A DNA stretch of 64,000 nt from an archaeon. Its GTDB lineage: Archaea; Iainarchaeota; Iainarchaeia; Iainarchaeales; DTGL01. A model generated the notes under the pieces. That model saw only the letters and a list, made by a program, of their open reading frames with translations. It did no database searches and was not told where the DNA came from. The position numbers and the translations under genes were made by a program. Positions within the stretch are counted from its first letter, which is position 1; each line of letters opens with the position of its first letter. Below are positions 18,789-28,386 of this stretch, piece by piece. The stretch spans positions 12,534 through 76,533 of the forward strand of contig JAPDKC010000010.1 of assembly GCA_029258755.1 (NCBI GenBank), in the 5' to 3' direction.

Positions 18789-19340
18789 TTAAAAATTAGC
18801 TAGGCATGCCTTCATTTCTTTAAAAAGCCTTTTTGCTGTAGCCGTGCTAAGCTTAGCTTCAGCATTGCTGAAGAAATCGCTAGCGTTAGCAAGTTTACCA
18901 TGTTTTACATAGTACAGTGCTTGTAAGCATGTTTCTAAGATATCCATATCCTTTACAAATATTGCTTCTTTTGTTTTCATCTCGAAGAGCTCTTCGCTAA
19001 GCTTTGCAAGCTTTTCTTTTTTCTCTGGGAAAGCCGCAAGCATGCTTTCTGCTGCTTCAAGCTCTCTTTTAAGCTTTTCGCGAGCATCAAGGCCTTGCAA
19101 GCAATACTCTTTGCTTATTAGATCACCGCATTCCGCTTCATGGAGATCGTGCAACAAAGCAAGCTCTATGCATTTCCTTACATCTAAGTTTTCATCTTCA
19201 GCAAAAAGCACGCATAGTAGCGCAACATTAAAGCTGTGCGAAGCAACACTTTCAGCATCTTTTATATTACGCACGAGCCAGCCAGTTCTCTTCAATTCCT
19301 TAAGCTTAAGCACCTTTTCCATAAAAGAAAGGAAGGTCAT
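18789..19340 (-). CDS. HD-domain phosphohydrolase (YfbR/HDDC2-like 5'-deoxynucleotidase)
   Basis: LKRTGW..ESVASHS, ALLHDLHEA..GD, VKDMDILE; start uncertain (19349/19340/19322). Confidence 0.88.
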   Translation of the reverse strand: MTFLSFMEKVLKLKELKRTGWLVRNIKDAESVASHSFNVALLCVLFAEDENLDVRKCIELALLHDLHEAECGDLISKEYCLQGLDAREKLKRELEAAESMLAAFPEKKEKLAKLSEELFEMKTKEAIFVKDMDILETCLQALYYVKHGKLANASDFFSNAEAKLSTATAKRLFKEMKACLANF

Positions 19341-19421
19341 AAAGGTCATTTTAAAGAAAATGTATAAATAAACTTGCTCTTTAAAATTTACAACAAATTG
19401 CAAAGGCAAAAGGTGTTGTAT

Positions 19422-19562
19422 TTGGCAAAGTATTTGTTTGCGGAACGACTAGCAAAAGCAAAGCCGAGCAGAATAAAAAATGCTTTAAGCAGTGGTGTTA
19501 GCAGGATAAAGAAGAAGCTTGTAGGTTTTGCAAGACGAATTAGAAGAAATAAGGAAGCTTAA
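19422..19562 (+). CDS. Putative 46-aa basic microprotein
   Basis: TTG start preceded by AAGGTG SD, as for top6B; MAKYLFAERLAKAKPSRIKNALSSGVSRIKKKLVGFARRIRRNKEA. Confidence 0.45.
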   Translation: MAKYLFAERLAKAKPSRIKNALSSGVSRIKKKLVGFARRIRRNKEA

Positions 19563-19600
19563 GCAGCCTCTGCCTATATCTGATTTTTGTATAGTTTGTT

Positions 19601-19626
19601 ATGGTACGCCGGGAGTGGGATTCGAA
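19601..19626 (-). repeat. Duplicated tRNA-Ser 3' end (att-like direct repeat)
   Basis: ACGCCGGGAGTGGGATTCGAA exact at 19606-19626 and 19687-19707; match extends to ATGGTA with one indel. Confidence 0.9.
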
Positions 19627-19687
19627 ATAGGAACCTCCAGCGGGTTCCTATTACCTCCAGCAACCATTAGGAACTTGATAATGGTAA

Positions 19688-19785
19688 CGCCGGGAGTGGG
19701 ATTCGAACCCACGCGTGCTTGCGCACACCAGCTTTTTGGCATGAAAACTCCAAGCTGGCGCCTTGGGCCGCTCGGCCATCCCGGC
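19688..19785 (-). tRNA. tRNA-Ser(GGA) with 14-nt intron at 37/38 (19734-19747)
   Basis: Acceptor GCCGGGA/TCCCGGC, G73, anticodon stem CCAGC/GCTGG, long variable arm, TTCGAAT; intron CCAA pairs with TTGG at 32-35. Confidence 0.93.
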
Positions 19786-19838
19786 TCTTATAAAAGAATT
19801 TACCACCAATATTTAATTTAAAGGTTTTATGCATGCTG

Positions 19839-20480
19839 TTAGCTTCCCACACCGAGGAAAAATGCTAATGCCTTAAGGGAAAGCATGCCTGCATAGCCAA
19901 CAAGAACATAGCGAGCAATCTTGCCAACAACACAAGCAAAGAAAAATCGTCTTGGATCAAACTTTATAAGGCCAGCTGCGATACCAACCAAATCAAAAGG
20001 AAATGGCGTAAGGGCTGCCAGCGCTATTATAGAAAAACCATACTTGTTTATTCTTTTTTGGAGCTTGTTTATCTGCTCAAGCTCTTTTCTTTTAAGCTTC
20101 TCGATACCGCGTATGCCCAAAGTACCTACAATATAGCCGCTCATCTCCCCTATAGCGGAACCTAGGCCTGCAAAGATTCCTATCGCTAAAGGGCTTGCAG
20201 CTCCAAAACCCATATCAAACTGCCCTAAGAAAAAAACTGCAATATCTAAGGGTACTGGAAAGAAAAGAGTAGCATTTGCAACTATAGCAGCAATAAATAT
20301 GCCCAAAAGCCCATAAGTTTGGAAGATGGTTTTTAGATTATTAGGAGCGAACATTTCTGGGTGTGCAGCTACATAGCGGTAGGCAAAATAAAGCAGCACT
20401 ATGAAAAGCGCTATAAGTAAAAATCGCTTTATGCTCTCTAAAGTGAAGAGGTTTTTGAATATATTAGGTTTTCCTCTCAA
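19839..20480 (-). CDS. VTT/DedA (SNARE-associated) membrane protein
   Basis: GLGSAIGEMSGY..G, TPFPFDLVGIAAG, GKIARY. Confidence 0.88.
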   Translation of the reverse strand: MRGKPNIFKNLFTLESIKRFLLIALFIVLLYFAYRYVAAHPEMFAPNNLKTIFQTYGLLGIFIAAIVANATLFFPVPLDIAVFFLGQFDMGFGAASPLAIGIFAGLGSAIGEMSGYIVGTLGIRGIEKLKRKELEQINKLQKRINKYGFSIIALAALTPFPFDLVGIAAGLIKFDPRRFFFACVVGKIARYVLVGYAGMLSLKALAFFLGVGS

Positions 20481-20547
20481 ATGACCACCAAAGCGAGCTA
20501 TGTTAAAGTTAATAAGTTTACCTTAATAAAATTATCTGTGATAAGGC

Positions 20548-21066
20548 ATGCGTGCTACGGCTTTGCGACTTCCTTTAATTGAGCTTAGAGATGCAGAGTT
20601 TGTTAAAGTAGCTGAGCAATATATGCCTAGCTATGCGCTCACAAAATCCGGGCTTAAGGCATCTAGGGTAAGCGTTTTCGGCGTTGTTGTTAGGCGTTAT
20701 GATAGCGATACCTTCACAAGCATAAAGCTTGATGATTTCACCGATACTATAGATGTTATTGCATTCGATCCAGATAGAGAAATCCTGAAGGACATAAAGG
20801 TCGGTCTTTCCGTAAAGGTTATCGGCAGGGTTCGTGAAGGCAAGAATGGCTTGTTTATTGTACCCGAAGCTGTTCGAAAACTTGATTTTAAGGAAGAGAT
20901 GTTCAAGCGCTTAGAAATAGTAAAGCGCTTCAAAGAATATCTAAAAAGCGCGGAAGAGAAGAAAACCGTCTCTGAGGAAAAAAGCAAGGAAAAGGAAAAA
21001 GCTGCCAGCGGTTCTGAATTTGTATCAGCAGATGAACTAATAGTGGATAAAGAGGTGGTAAAATGA
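20548..21066 (+). CDS. OB-fold protein, RPA32-like ssDNA-binding subunit
   Basis: SRVSVFGVVV, KLDDFTDTI, VKVIGRVRE..IVPE. Confidence 0.75.
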   Translation: MRATALRLPLIELRDAEFVKVAEQYMPSYALTKSGLKASRVSVFGVVVRRYDSDTFTSIKLDDFTDTIDVIAFDPDREILKDIKVGLSVKVIGRVREGKNGLFIVPEAVRKLDFKEEMFKRLEIVKRFKEYLKSAEEKKTVSEEKSKEKEKAASGSEFVSADELIVDKEVVK

Positions 21067-21464
21067 GATATGAAGAAATGCTTGAAAGAGCCTATAAATC
21101 CATGCCGGAAAAAACACTTAAGAGAGAGCGCTTTGAAATGCCAAAAGCCCAGTCATTCATACAAGGAAACAGAACAATAGTTACAAATTTTTCCAAGATA
21201 CTTGATACTATAAACAGAGATGAGAAGCATGCATTAAAGTACATAACAAAGCAGCTTGCAACAGCCGCAAGTATCGATTCTGGAAGGTTGGTGCTAAAAG
21301 GCGTATTTACACCTGAGCAGATTCAAAACATTATAGCCGATTATATAAAAACGTTTGTTTTATGTCCAGAATGCGGAAGACCTGATACAAAAGTGATAGA
21401 GCAAAAGGGAATAAAGATGCTAAAATGCACCGCTTGCGGCGCTATAGCTCCTTTGAGGGAATAG
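21063..21464 (+). CDS. eif2b: Translation initiation factor aIF-2 beta
   Basis: YEEMLERAY, RFEMP, CPECGRPDT, CTACGA. Confidence 0.95.
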   Translation: MRYEEMLERAYKSMPEKTLKRERFEMPKAQSFIQGNRTIVTNFSKILDTINRDEKHALKYITKQLATAASIDSGRLVLKGVFTPEQIQNIIADYIKTFVLCPECGRPDTKVIEQKGIKMLKCTACGAIAPLRE

Positions 21465-21465
21465 C

Positions 21466-21759
21466 ATGTACTGCAAGATACACATTTCTGGCAACAGAAC
21501 TGTATTAGCTGCTTGCGATGCTGAGCTTATTGGAAAAACACTTAATTTTAAGGGTGTTCCTTTCCATATAAGCGAAGCGTTTTATAAAGGAAAAAAGGTT
21601 GATGAGCAAGAGCTAGCGAAGCTTTTAGATGAGCACAATAACATAAATCTAGTTGGAGAAAAAGTAGTAAGCGTTGCATTAAAGAAGGGTTTAATAAGTG
21701 AGCGTAGCATTATTAGAATAGAGGGAATTCCACACGCTCAAATCTACAGGTTGATCTAA
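21466..21759 (+). CDS. DUF424 family protein
   Basis: VLAACDAELIG, FYKG, INLVGEKVV, IEGIPHAQ. Confidence 0.88.
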   Translation: MYCKIHISGNRTVLAACDAELIGKTLNFKGVPFHISEAFYKGKKVDEQELAKLLDEHNNINLVGEKVVSVALKKGLISERSIIRIEGIPHAQIYRLI

Positions 21760-22083
21760 ATGGCAAGTGAAACCAACGAAGAAGCACAGGATTTTGGTAT
21801 AAGAAAAATGCGCATGCCAAATAAGGAAGAAAATGAAATGTTTGCTATTGTTACAAAGCTTTTAGGTGTCAACAAGGTTTTAGCAGCCTGTCAAGATGGG
21901 AAGGAAAGAAAATGCAGAATACCTGGAAAAATGCTGAAAAGAGTATGGCTGAGAGAAGGAGATCTAATAATAATAAAAGTATGGGATTTCCAGCCAGATA
22001 AAGCAGATGTTGTTTGGCGCTATTCAAACTCGCAAAAAACCTACCTTGCAAGCAGAAACATGCTTGAAGGACTCCCTGTCTAA
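21760..22083 (+). CDS. eif1a: Translation initiation factor aIF-1A
   Basis: CQDGKERKCRIPGKMLKRVWLREGD, WDFQ..KADVVWRY. Confidence 0.95.
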   Translation: MASETNEEAQDFGIRKMRMPNKEENEMFAIVTKLLGVNKVLAACQDGKERKCRIPGKMLKRVWLREGDLIIIKVWDFQPDKADVVWRYSNSQKTYLASRNMLEGLPV

Positions 22084-22113
22084 TTTTAAACCTTACAAAC
22101 TTCTAATTATTTT

Positions 22114-22860
22114 ATGAGCGTGCGTTTCCGAGTGGAGGATTTCATAAAAGAGGAAAAGCTGCGAAACATATTCAACCAAGTATTTGACTACTTTACAATA
22201 GAAGCTATACACGAGCTAGCCAATAAAGGATACATAGATTATCTTGAGCATATTGTAAGCACAGGGAAAGAAGCACATGTGTATAAGGCACGTGACAAAA
22301 GCGGCAACGTTAGAGCTGTAAAGATATACAAGATAGAAACATCAAGCTTCAAGAATATGCGTGCGTACATAGAAGGAGATGTTAGATTTAAGCACGTAGG
22401 TCCAGACAGAAGGGATGTTATATACGTTTGGACGCGGAAGGAGTATAAAAATCTGGAGAAGTTTGTAGAAGCGGATGTAAGAGTACCTATGCCTTATGCC
22501 TTCAATCAAAATGTTCTTGTTATGGAATTTATAGGTGATGAGGAAGCAGCGCCTATATTAAAAGAAAAACCTATAGAAGATGTAGAAGAGCTCTACAAAA
22601 GAATTGTTGAAGAGTTGGCAAAGATGATTTACAGAGCTGAGCTTGTCCATGCTGATCTATCTGAATACAATATCCTAAACTACAACGAAGAGCCGGTAAT
22701 AATAGATTGTGGGCAAGCGGTTCTTTTGAGCCATCCAATGGCCAAAGAATTTTTCGAAAGAGATGTAAGAAATATGTGTAACTATTTCAGAAAAAGAGGG
22801 TTGGAAAAAACACCTGAGGAGATGAAAGCCGATATAAAGGAATTGAAGGATAGCGTCTAA
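22114..22860 (+). CDS. rio1: RIO1 kinase
   Basis: STGKEAHVY, AVKIY, LVMEFIG, LVHADLSEYNIL, IIDCGQ. Confidence 0.95.
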   Translation: MSVRFRVEDFIKEEKLRNIFNQVFDYFTIEAIHELANKGYIDYLEHIVSTGKEAHVYKARDKSGNVRAVKIYKIETSSFKNMRAYIEGDVRFKHVGPDRRDVIYVWTRKEYKNLEKFVEADVRVPMPYAFNQNVLVMEFIGDEEAAPILKEKPIEDVEELYKRIVEELAKMIYRAELVHADLSEYNILNYNEEPVIIDCGQAVLLSHPMAKEFFERDVRNMCNYFRKRGLEKTPEEMKADIKELKDSV

Positions 22861-22933
22861 ACATGCTCTAAATTCATTTTTTAAATGTTTTGCACTTTTT
22901 TTGATTGGAAGCACATTTATTTTGGTTTTTTAT

Positions 22934-23464
22934 ATGCCAGAGCAGTATCTTAGGGTGCCAGAGGACCGTATTGGCGTGCTTATAGGGCCTAAAGGAAAAA
23001 CCAAAAGGAAGATAGAACAGCTCACAAAAACAAGGTTGAGCGTTGATAGCTCTACAGGCGAGCTTACAATAGAAGGTGATGATGCACTTAATGTTATAAA
23101 AGCAGCAAAGATATGCAAGGCTATTGCAAGGGGCTTTTCTCCCGAGAAGGCCTTGCTTTTGAGCAAGGATTATTATGAGCTACTAATAATAGATTTGCGT
23201 GAGGAAGTTGGCAAGAGCAGGAAAGCGATCCATACTAAAAAAGCTAGGGTTATCGGCACCAAAGGTAGCGTGCGCAAGCGCATAGAGAAAGAAACAAATT
23301 GCTTTGTTTCAGTTTACGGTGACACTATCGGAATAATAGGGCTTGAAGATGATCTTAAAGATGCTGAAGAAATAATACTTGATATACTTCACGGCGCAGA
23401 AATTCCTGCGGCATTTGAAAGGCTCGCAGAAAGAAAGCTTTCAAAAAGCAAGTTCGAGCTCTAG
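22934..23464 (+). CDS. KH-domain pre-rRNA processing protein Pno1/Dim2
   Basis: RIGVLIGPKG, AIARGFSPEKA, RVIGTKG; located between rio1 and top6B. Confidence 0.92.
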   Translation: MPEQYLRVPEDRIGVLIGPKGKTKRKIEQLTKTRLSVDSSTGELTIEGDDALNVIKAAKICKAIARGFSPEKALLLSKDYYELLIIDLREEVGKSRKAIHTKKARVIGTKGSVRKRIEKETNCFVSVYGDTIGIIGLEDDLKDAEEIILDILHGAEIPAAFERLAERKLSKSKFEL

Positions 23465-23477
23465 CAAGGTGTTTTGT

Positions 23478-25154
23478 ATGGAAGAAGAGCGAAAGAAGGA
23501 GATAGTAACTGGTGAAAAACTGGCTAAGGAATTTAGAGAGCATAGTGTGGCGGAATTCTTCAAGAAAAACAGACAGATGCTTGGGCTCTATGGAAAGGTA
23601 CGTACGCTAACTACTATAGTGCACGAGTATGTTACAAACTCCTTGGATGCTTGCGAAGAAGCAGGAATATTGCCAGAAATTGAGGTAAGGATAGATGAGC
23701 TAGGTCCTGAGTACTATCAAGTAACAGTAAAGGATAACGGCCCTGGCCTAACTAAAGAAACCATTGGAAAGGCCTTAGGAAAGCTGCTCGCGGGAACAAA
23801 ATTTCACAGATTGATACAGAGCAGAGGACAGCAAGGCATAGGTGCAAGCGGCTGTACAATGCTATGCCAAATGACGACAGGAAAAGCAGTTAGAGTTATA
23901 ACAGGTACTGGCAAAGGCAAGCCGTTTGCATGCGAAATCACAATAGACCCTAAAAGAAATGAACCAAAGATTGAGAATTTCCGCGAGCTAAACAGGAAGT
24001 TCAGAGGCCTTATGATTCAAGCAAGATTTAAAGGCGTGCTTTACAGAGAATCCGCAACAGGCCCTCTGGAATATTTACGTAGAACAGCCATAGCAAATCC
24101 TCATGCTAAAATAATATTTAGATCGCCTAAAGGCGAAAAAATAGTTTTCAACAGAACATCAGCTTATATTCCAAAGCCGCCTAAGCCAATGAAGCCTCAT
24201 CCCGCTGGCGTTATAGTGGATGATATAATCACAATGGCACATCACACAAAAGCTAAAAAAGTTTCATCATTCCTTAAAAACGATTTTCAAAGAATAGGTG
24301 ATTCTGTTTTAGAACAAATTCAGAAGCTTGTTTCTTTTGACCTGAATAAGGATCCTAAAAAGCTCACATGGAAGGAGGCCGAAGAAATAGCAAAGGCTTT
24401 CAAGAAGATAAAATTTTTAGCTCCGAGCACTGATGGTTTAAGCCCAATAGGCGAAGAGCGTATAAGAAAATCTCTTGAAAGCATAGTACAGCCAGAATAC
24501 GTTGTAACACTAACAAGGCCTGCGAAGGTTTACGCTGGCGGTTATCCATTTCAGGTTGAGATAGGCATTGCTTACGGTGGAAAAGCAGGCATAACTAGCG
24601 AAAATAATCGCTCGCAAGAAGAAGAATCTGCAAAAGTTGAGATAATGCGTTTCGCTAACAGAGCTCCTTTACTCTTTGATGCTGGCAACTGTGCAATAAC
24701 AAAAGCCGTGCATAGCATTGACTGGAAGCGCTATGGCGTTAAAGATTTGGAAAACACACCACTTACCATATTCGTTAATTTTATCTCAGTTCATGTGCCA
24801 TATACTGGAGCCGGAAAGCAAGCGATAGCTGATGAAGAAGAAATTATGGAAGAGCTGCGCTTAGCTTTGATGGCTTGTGCAAGGAAGACCGCTCGCTACA
24901 TATCTGCGAAAAGAGCGGCTATAGAAAAAAAGATGAAAAGAGATATGTTCTATAAATATATACCCGAAATAGCTGGAGCCTTGAGCAAGATTACTAAAGA
25001 AAACAAAGAAAAGCTCGAGAAAAAATTGCAGGAATTGGTTGTAGCTAAGTTAAAGATGGAAAAAGCTAATGAAATATTGGAGAAGGTTCAAGCCACAACC
25101 CAAGCTAAGGAAAAATCAAGCAAAGATGAAGATTTAGGTGAGGAAGATGAGTAA
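23478..25154 (+). CDS. top6B: DNA topoisomerase VI subunit B
   Basis: [36 protein letters not shown]; ATG 23478 with GGTG SD. Confidence 0.96.
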   Translation: MEEERKKEIVTGEKLAKEFREHSVAEFFKKNRQMLGLYGKVRTLTTIVHEYVTNSLDACEEAGILPEIEVRIDELGPEYYQVTVKDNGPGLTKETIGKALGKLLAGTKFHRLIQSRGQQGIGASGCTMLCQMTTGKAVRVITGTGKGKPFACEITIDPKRNEPKIENFRELNRKFRGLMIQARFKGVLYRESATGPLEYLRRTAIANPHAKIIFRSPKGEKIVFNRTSAYIPKPPKPMKPHPAGVIVDDIITMAHHTKAKKVSSFLKNDFQRIGDSVLEQIQKLVSFDLNKDPKKLTWKEAEEIAKAFKKIKFLAPSTDGLSPIGEERIRKSLESIVQPEYVVTLTRPAKVYAGGYPFQVEIGIAYGGKAGITSENNRSQEEESAKVEIMRFANRAPLLFDAGNCAITKAVHSIDWKRYGVKDLENTPLTIFVNFISVHVPYTGAGKQAIADEEEIMEELRLALMACARKTARYISAKRAAIEKKMKRDMFYKYIPEIAGALSKITKENKEKLEKKLQELVVAKLKMEKANEILEKVQATTQAKEKSSKDEDLGEEDE

Positions 25155-26319
25155 AAAAAGAGGTGCTAAAAAATTAAGTAAAGGAAAAATGATGCACAGT
25201 AAAACCCATGCAAAAAAAGAAGAGGAAGGGCCTAAAGAGATAGCAGCAAAAATAAGAGAACTCGCTATGGAAATCGTTAAAGATATTTACGCTGGAAGAA
25301 ACCCAAAGTTTAGAACAAAGCAGAGAGGCCGAAGCAATGTTCTGTTTGATATAGAGGAAGGAATAATCCGACTTGGTGAAAAGAGCACCACAAGAACGTT
25401 TTTGAATATCGCTCATGCAAAAAGATTTCTCCAAACAATGCTTGTGATGAGCAAAACATATGAGTATCTAACAAGCAATAAAACAGCATCTATTAGAGAA
25501 GTGTACTATGAGCTTAAACATACTATAGGAAATACCAAAGAAAATACATTTGATGATCAGAGAGAGAGCGATGCTTGCATTGTTGACTTGGAGCATAGCA
25601 TAGATACAATTAGGGAAAAGCTAAATGTGCACGCCAATCCAAAAGGAGCTCTCTATGGGGACATAACACTTGTTGACAGACAGCATCATAACGATACCTT
25701 TAACTGCCTTAAGCTAGGCCGCGGTGGTTGGAGTATTATGAGCAGAATGGAACCCCATGAGATAGAGATAAAGAAGGTAAACGCTAACTATGTGCTTGTG
25801 ATAGAAACAAGCGCTATGTATGAAAGATTGATAGAAGAAGATTTTGCAAGAAAAAATAAAGCGATTCTTATTGGTACTGGTGGTCAAGCTGCAAGAGGAA
25901 CAAGAAGGCTTATTCATCGCTTGCATTATGAGCATAAATTGCCTGTATATGTCTTTACCGATGGTGACCCTTACGGATGGTATATCTATAGCGTTATTAA
26001 ACAAGGTTCTATGGCATTAGCTGCTCATTCAGAACTGCTTGCATGCCCAGAAGCAAAATACATAGGCATGACTTTAGAAGATGTCGAAGAATATGGACTG
26101 CAAAACGTAACCGAAAAGATGAAGCCTGGGGATATAAAAAGAGCTAAGGAACTTTTATCCTATGAATGGTTCCAGAATAAACCATGGCAGAAGGAGCTAA
26201 AGAAAGCGATAAATCTAAAAATAAGGATAGAGCAACAGGCTCTAGCAAATAAGAGTTTGGAGTTTGTTGCAAAGGAATATTTGCCAAAGAAGATAAAGAA
26301 TAAAGAATTCCTGCCATAA
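25147..26319 (+). CDS. top6A: DNA topoisomerase VI subunit A
   Basis: IREVYY (catalytic Tyr), FDDQRESD, VIET, FTDGDPYG, EQQAL. Confidence 0.96.
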   Translation: MSKKRGAKKLSKGKMMHSKTHAKKEEEGPKEIAAKIRELAMEIVKDIYAGRNPKFRTKQRGRSNVLFDIEEGIIRLGEKSTTRTFLNIAHAKRFLQTMLVMSKTYEYLTSNKTASIREVYYELKHTIGNTKENTFDDQRESDACIVDLEHSIDTIREKLNVHANPKGALYGDITLVDRQHHNDTFNCLKLGRGGWSIMSRMEPHEIEIKKVNANYVLVIETSAMYERLIEEDFARKNKAILIGTGGQAARGTRRLIHRLHYEHKLPVYVFTDGDPYGWYIYSVIKQGSMALAAHSELLACPEAKYIGMTLEDVEEYGLQNVTEKMKPGDIKRAKELLSYEWFQNKPWQKELKKAINLKIRIEQQALANKSLEFVAKEYLPKKIKNKEFLP

Positions 26320-26323
26320 GGGA

Positions 26324-26343
26324 ATAATAAAAAAATAAAAAAG
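26324..26343 (-). terminator. Oligo-T terminator for acs
   Basis: A-rich tract on + strand (T-rich on -) immediately after acs stop, between convergent genes. Confidence 0.5.
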
Positions 26344-26347
26344 AAGG

Positions 26348-28312
26348 CTAGCCCTTGTAGCCAACCGCTTCCTTTAGGTGCTCTATGCTCTCTGGATTCT
26401 GCAGTGTTGTTGTGTCACCAAGAGGCTCATTCTTTAGCAATGCCTTCAGCATTCTTCGCATTATTTTACCTGATCTTGTTTTCGGAAGCTCTTTAACGAA
26501 GATTATTTCTTCAGGTTTAGCTGTTGGCCCTATGTGCTGCTTTACAAGCTCTATAAGCTCTTGCTTTAGCTGCTCACTTGGCTCAACATTCTTTAAAACA
26601 ACGAATGCTACTGGCACTTCGCCTTTTATTGCATGTGGCTTAGGAACAACGGCACATTCACTTACTCTCTCATCAGAATCTATAGCATTTTCAACTTCTG
26701 CGCTTGAAAGCCTGTGACCTGCAACGTTCATGACGTCATCTACGCGCCCTGTAATTCTTATATACTTCCCCTCGATCCAACGAGCACCATCATTTGTGAA
26801 GTATATTTCTTTACCATACTCCTTCCAATACGTTTCGATGTATTTCTCTTCGTCTTTGTAAAGCCCTCTTAGCAAGCTTGGCGGAAATGGGCTTTTTATT
26901 ACTAAGTAGCCACCTGTATCACCGCCTACCGGCTTGCCCTCAGAGTCAAGGATGTCTGCGGTAACACCAGGAAATGGCCTGCCTGCTACTGTTGGAATAA
27001 AAGGCCCTATCCCGGGCAAAGAAGTGATCAATGTGCCGCCCGTCTCTGTCTGCCACCAGGTATCAACTATTGGGCAGCGAGAGCCGCCTATGTGCTTGAA
27101 ATACCACATCCAAGCATCCCTGTCTATAGGCTCACCAACAGTACCGAGTATGCGCAAGGAACTTAGATCATGCTTTGCAGGCCATTGTTCACCCCATTGA
27201 GCAAACATTCTTATAGCAGTTGGGGCTGTATAAAACACTGTCACCTTATTCTCTTCTATAATCTGCCACCATCTATCCTTTTCTGGCCAATCAGGGGCAC
27301 CTTCATAGAAAAGCAAGGTTGCTCCGTTAGCAAGAGGGCCATAGCAATTATAAGTATGTCCTGTAATCCAACCTATGTCCGCTGTACACCAGAATATATC
27401 ATCCTCATGCAGATCAAATACCCAGCGTGAGCTCCAGTAGGCCATAACTATGTAGCCTCCTGTTGTATGCACAACACCTTTTGGCTTACCAGTAGTGCCG
27501 CTGGTATAAAGAAGAAATAGCATATCCTCAGAATCCATAGATTCAGCTTCGCAACTGCTGCTAACGTTTTCCATAAGCTCATGCCACCAGAGATCGCGAC
27601 CTTCTTTCATATCGACTTTAATACCTGCCCTCTTAACAACGATAACTTTTTCTATGGTGGTATTTTCCACAGCTTTATCTGCATTTTGTTTTAGGTTTAT
27701 AATCTTACCTCTTCGGTAGTAACCATCAGCTGTAATCAGTATTTTTGCTTCACTATCCTCAATTCTAGTTCTTAGAGAATCCGCACTAAAGGCGGAGAAT
27801 ACAACACTATGCACGGCTCCTATTCGTGCGCAAGCAAGCATTGCTATCTGAACTTCCGGAATCATAGGAAGGTATATAGCAACGCGATCGCCTTTTTTTA
27901 CCCCAAGATTCTTAAGAACGTTTGCAAACTTTTGGACTTCTCTGTAAAGGTCGTTATATGTGAGCACGCGCTTTGGCTCATCTGTGGGCTCTGGAATCCA
28001 TATTATCGCTGGCTTATCTCCTTTGCCGGCCTCAACATGCCTATCAACACAGTTATAGCAAACGTTTAGCTTAGCGCCAACAAACCATTTATAATAAGGC
28101 GGGTTCCACTCGTAAGCTTTATCCCATTTCTTAAACCATGTTATTCCTTCGCTTGCCAATTTTTCCCAAAAAGCAACAGGGTCTTTTGCCGCTTCTTCAT
28201 ATATTTTTGGATCATTCACCCAAGCATGCTTTTTAGCTTCCTCATTTGGCCAAAAATAGCCTTTCTCATCTGGGCCAACAACCCATTTAGTTGCCAATAC
28301 CATCCCCTCCAT
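26348..28312 (-). CDS. acs: Acetyl-CoA synthetase (AMP-forming)
   Basis: [50 protein letters not shown]. Confidence 0.96.
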   Translation of the reverse strand: MEGMVLATKWVVGPDEKGYFWPNEEAKKHAWVNDPKIYEEAAKDPVAFWEKLASEGITWFKKWDKAYEWNPPYYKWFVGAKLNVCYNCVDRHVEAGKGDKPAIIWIPEPTDEPKRVLTYNDLYREVQKFANVLKNLGVKKGDRVAIYLPMIPEVQIAMLACARIGAVHSVVFSAFSADSLRTRIEDSEAKILITADGYYRRGKIINLKQNADKAVENTTIEKVIVVKRAGIKVDMKEGRDLWWHELMENVSSSCEAESMDSEDMLFLLYTSGTTGKPKGVVHTTGGYIVMAYWSSRWVFDLHEDDIFWCTADIGWITGHTYNCYGPLANGATLLFYEGAPDWPEKDRWWQIIEENKVTVFYTAPTAIRMFAQWGEQWPAKHDLSSLRILGTVGEPIDRDAWMWYFKHIGGSRCPIVDTWWQTETGGTLITSLPGIGPFIPTVAGRPFPGVTADILDSEGKPVGGDTGGYLVIKSPFPPSLLRGLYKDEEKYIETYWKEYGKEIYFTNDGARWIEGKYIRITGRVDDVMNVAGHRLSSAEVENAIDSDERVSECAVVPKPHAIKGEVPVAFVVLKNVEPSEQLKQELIELVKQHIGPTAKPEEIIFVKELPKTRSGKIMRRMLKALLKNEPLGDTTTLQNPESIEHLKEAVGYKG

Positions 28313-28386
28313 AGATTTGATTTCTTCAAAATCAAAAAAGGATGTTAAATTGTAAGCCAGTAAGGTATAAATAATTAATGGCAGTA

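Noticed and set aside
10460-19340. DHH/DHHA1 or HD protein as the dedicated c-di-GMP phosphodiesterase for the GGDEF enzyme
   Set aside because: DHH sits in its usual housekeeping position, and the HD protein is YfbR-like with no GYP motif; nothing links them to the cyclase
19601-19707. Mini CRISPR array (repeat-spacer-repeat)
   Set aside because: The repeat is the tRNA 3' end, there are only two copies and no cas genes
19528-19852. ORFs 19528-19821(+) and 19667-19852(-)
   Set aside because: They overlap tRNA-Ser and its duplicated 3' end; the repeated TPGVGFE peptide is a by-product of the DNA repeat
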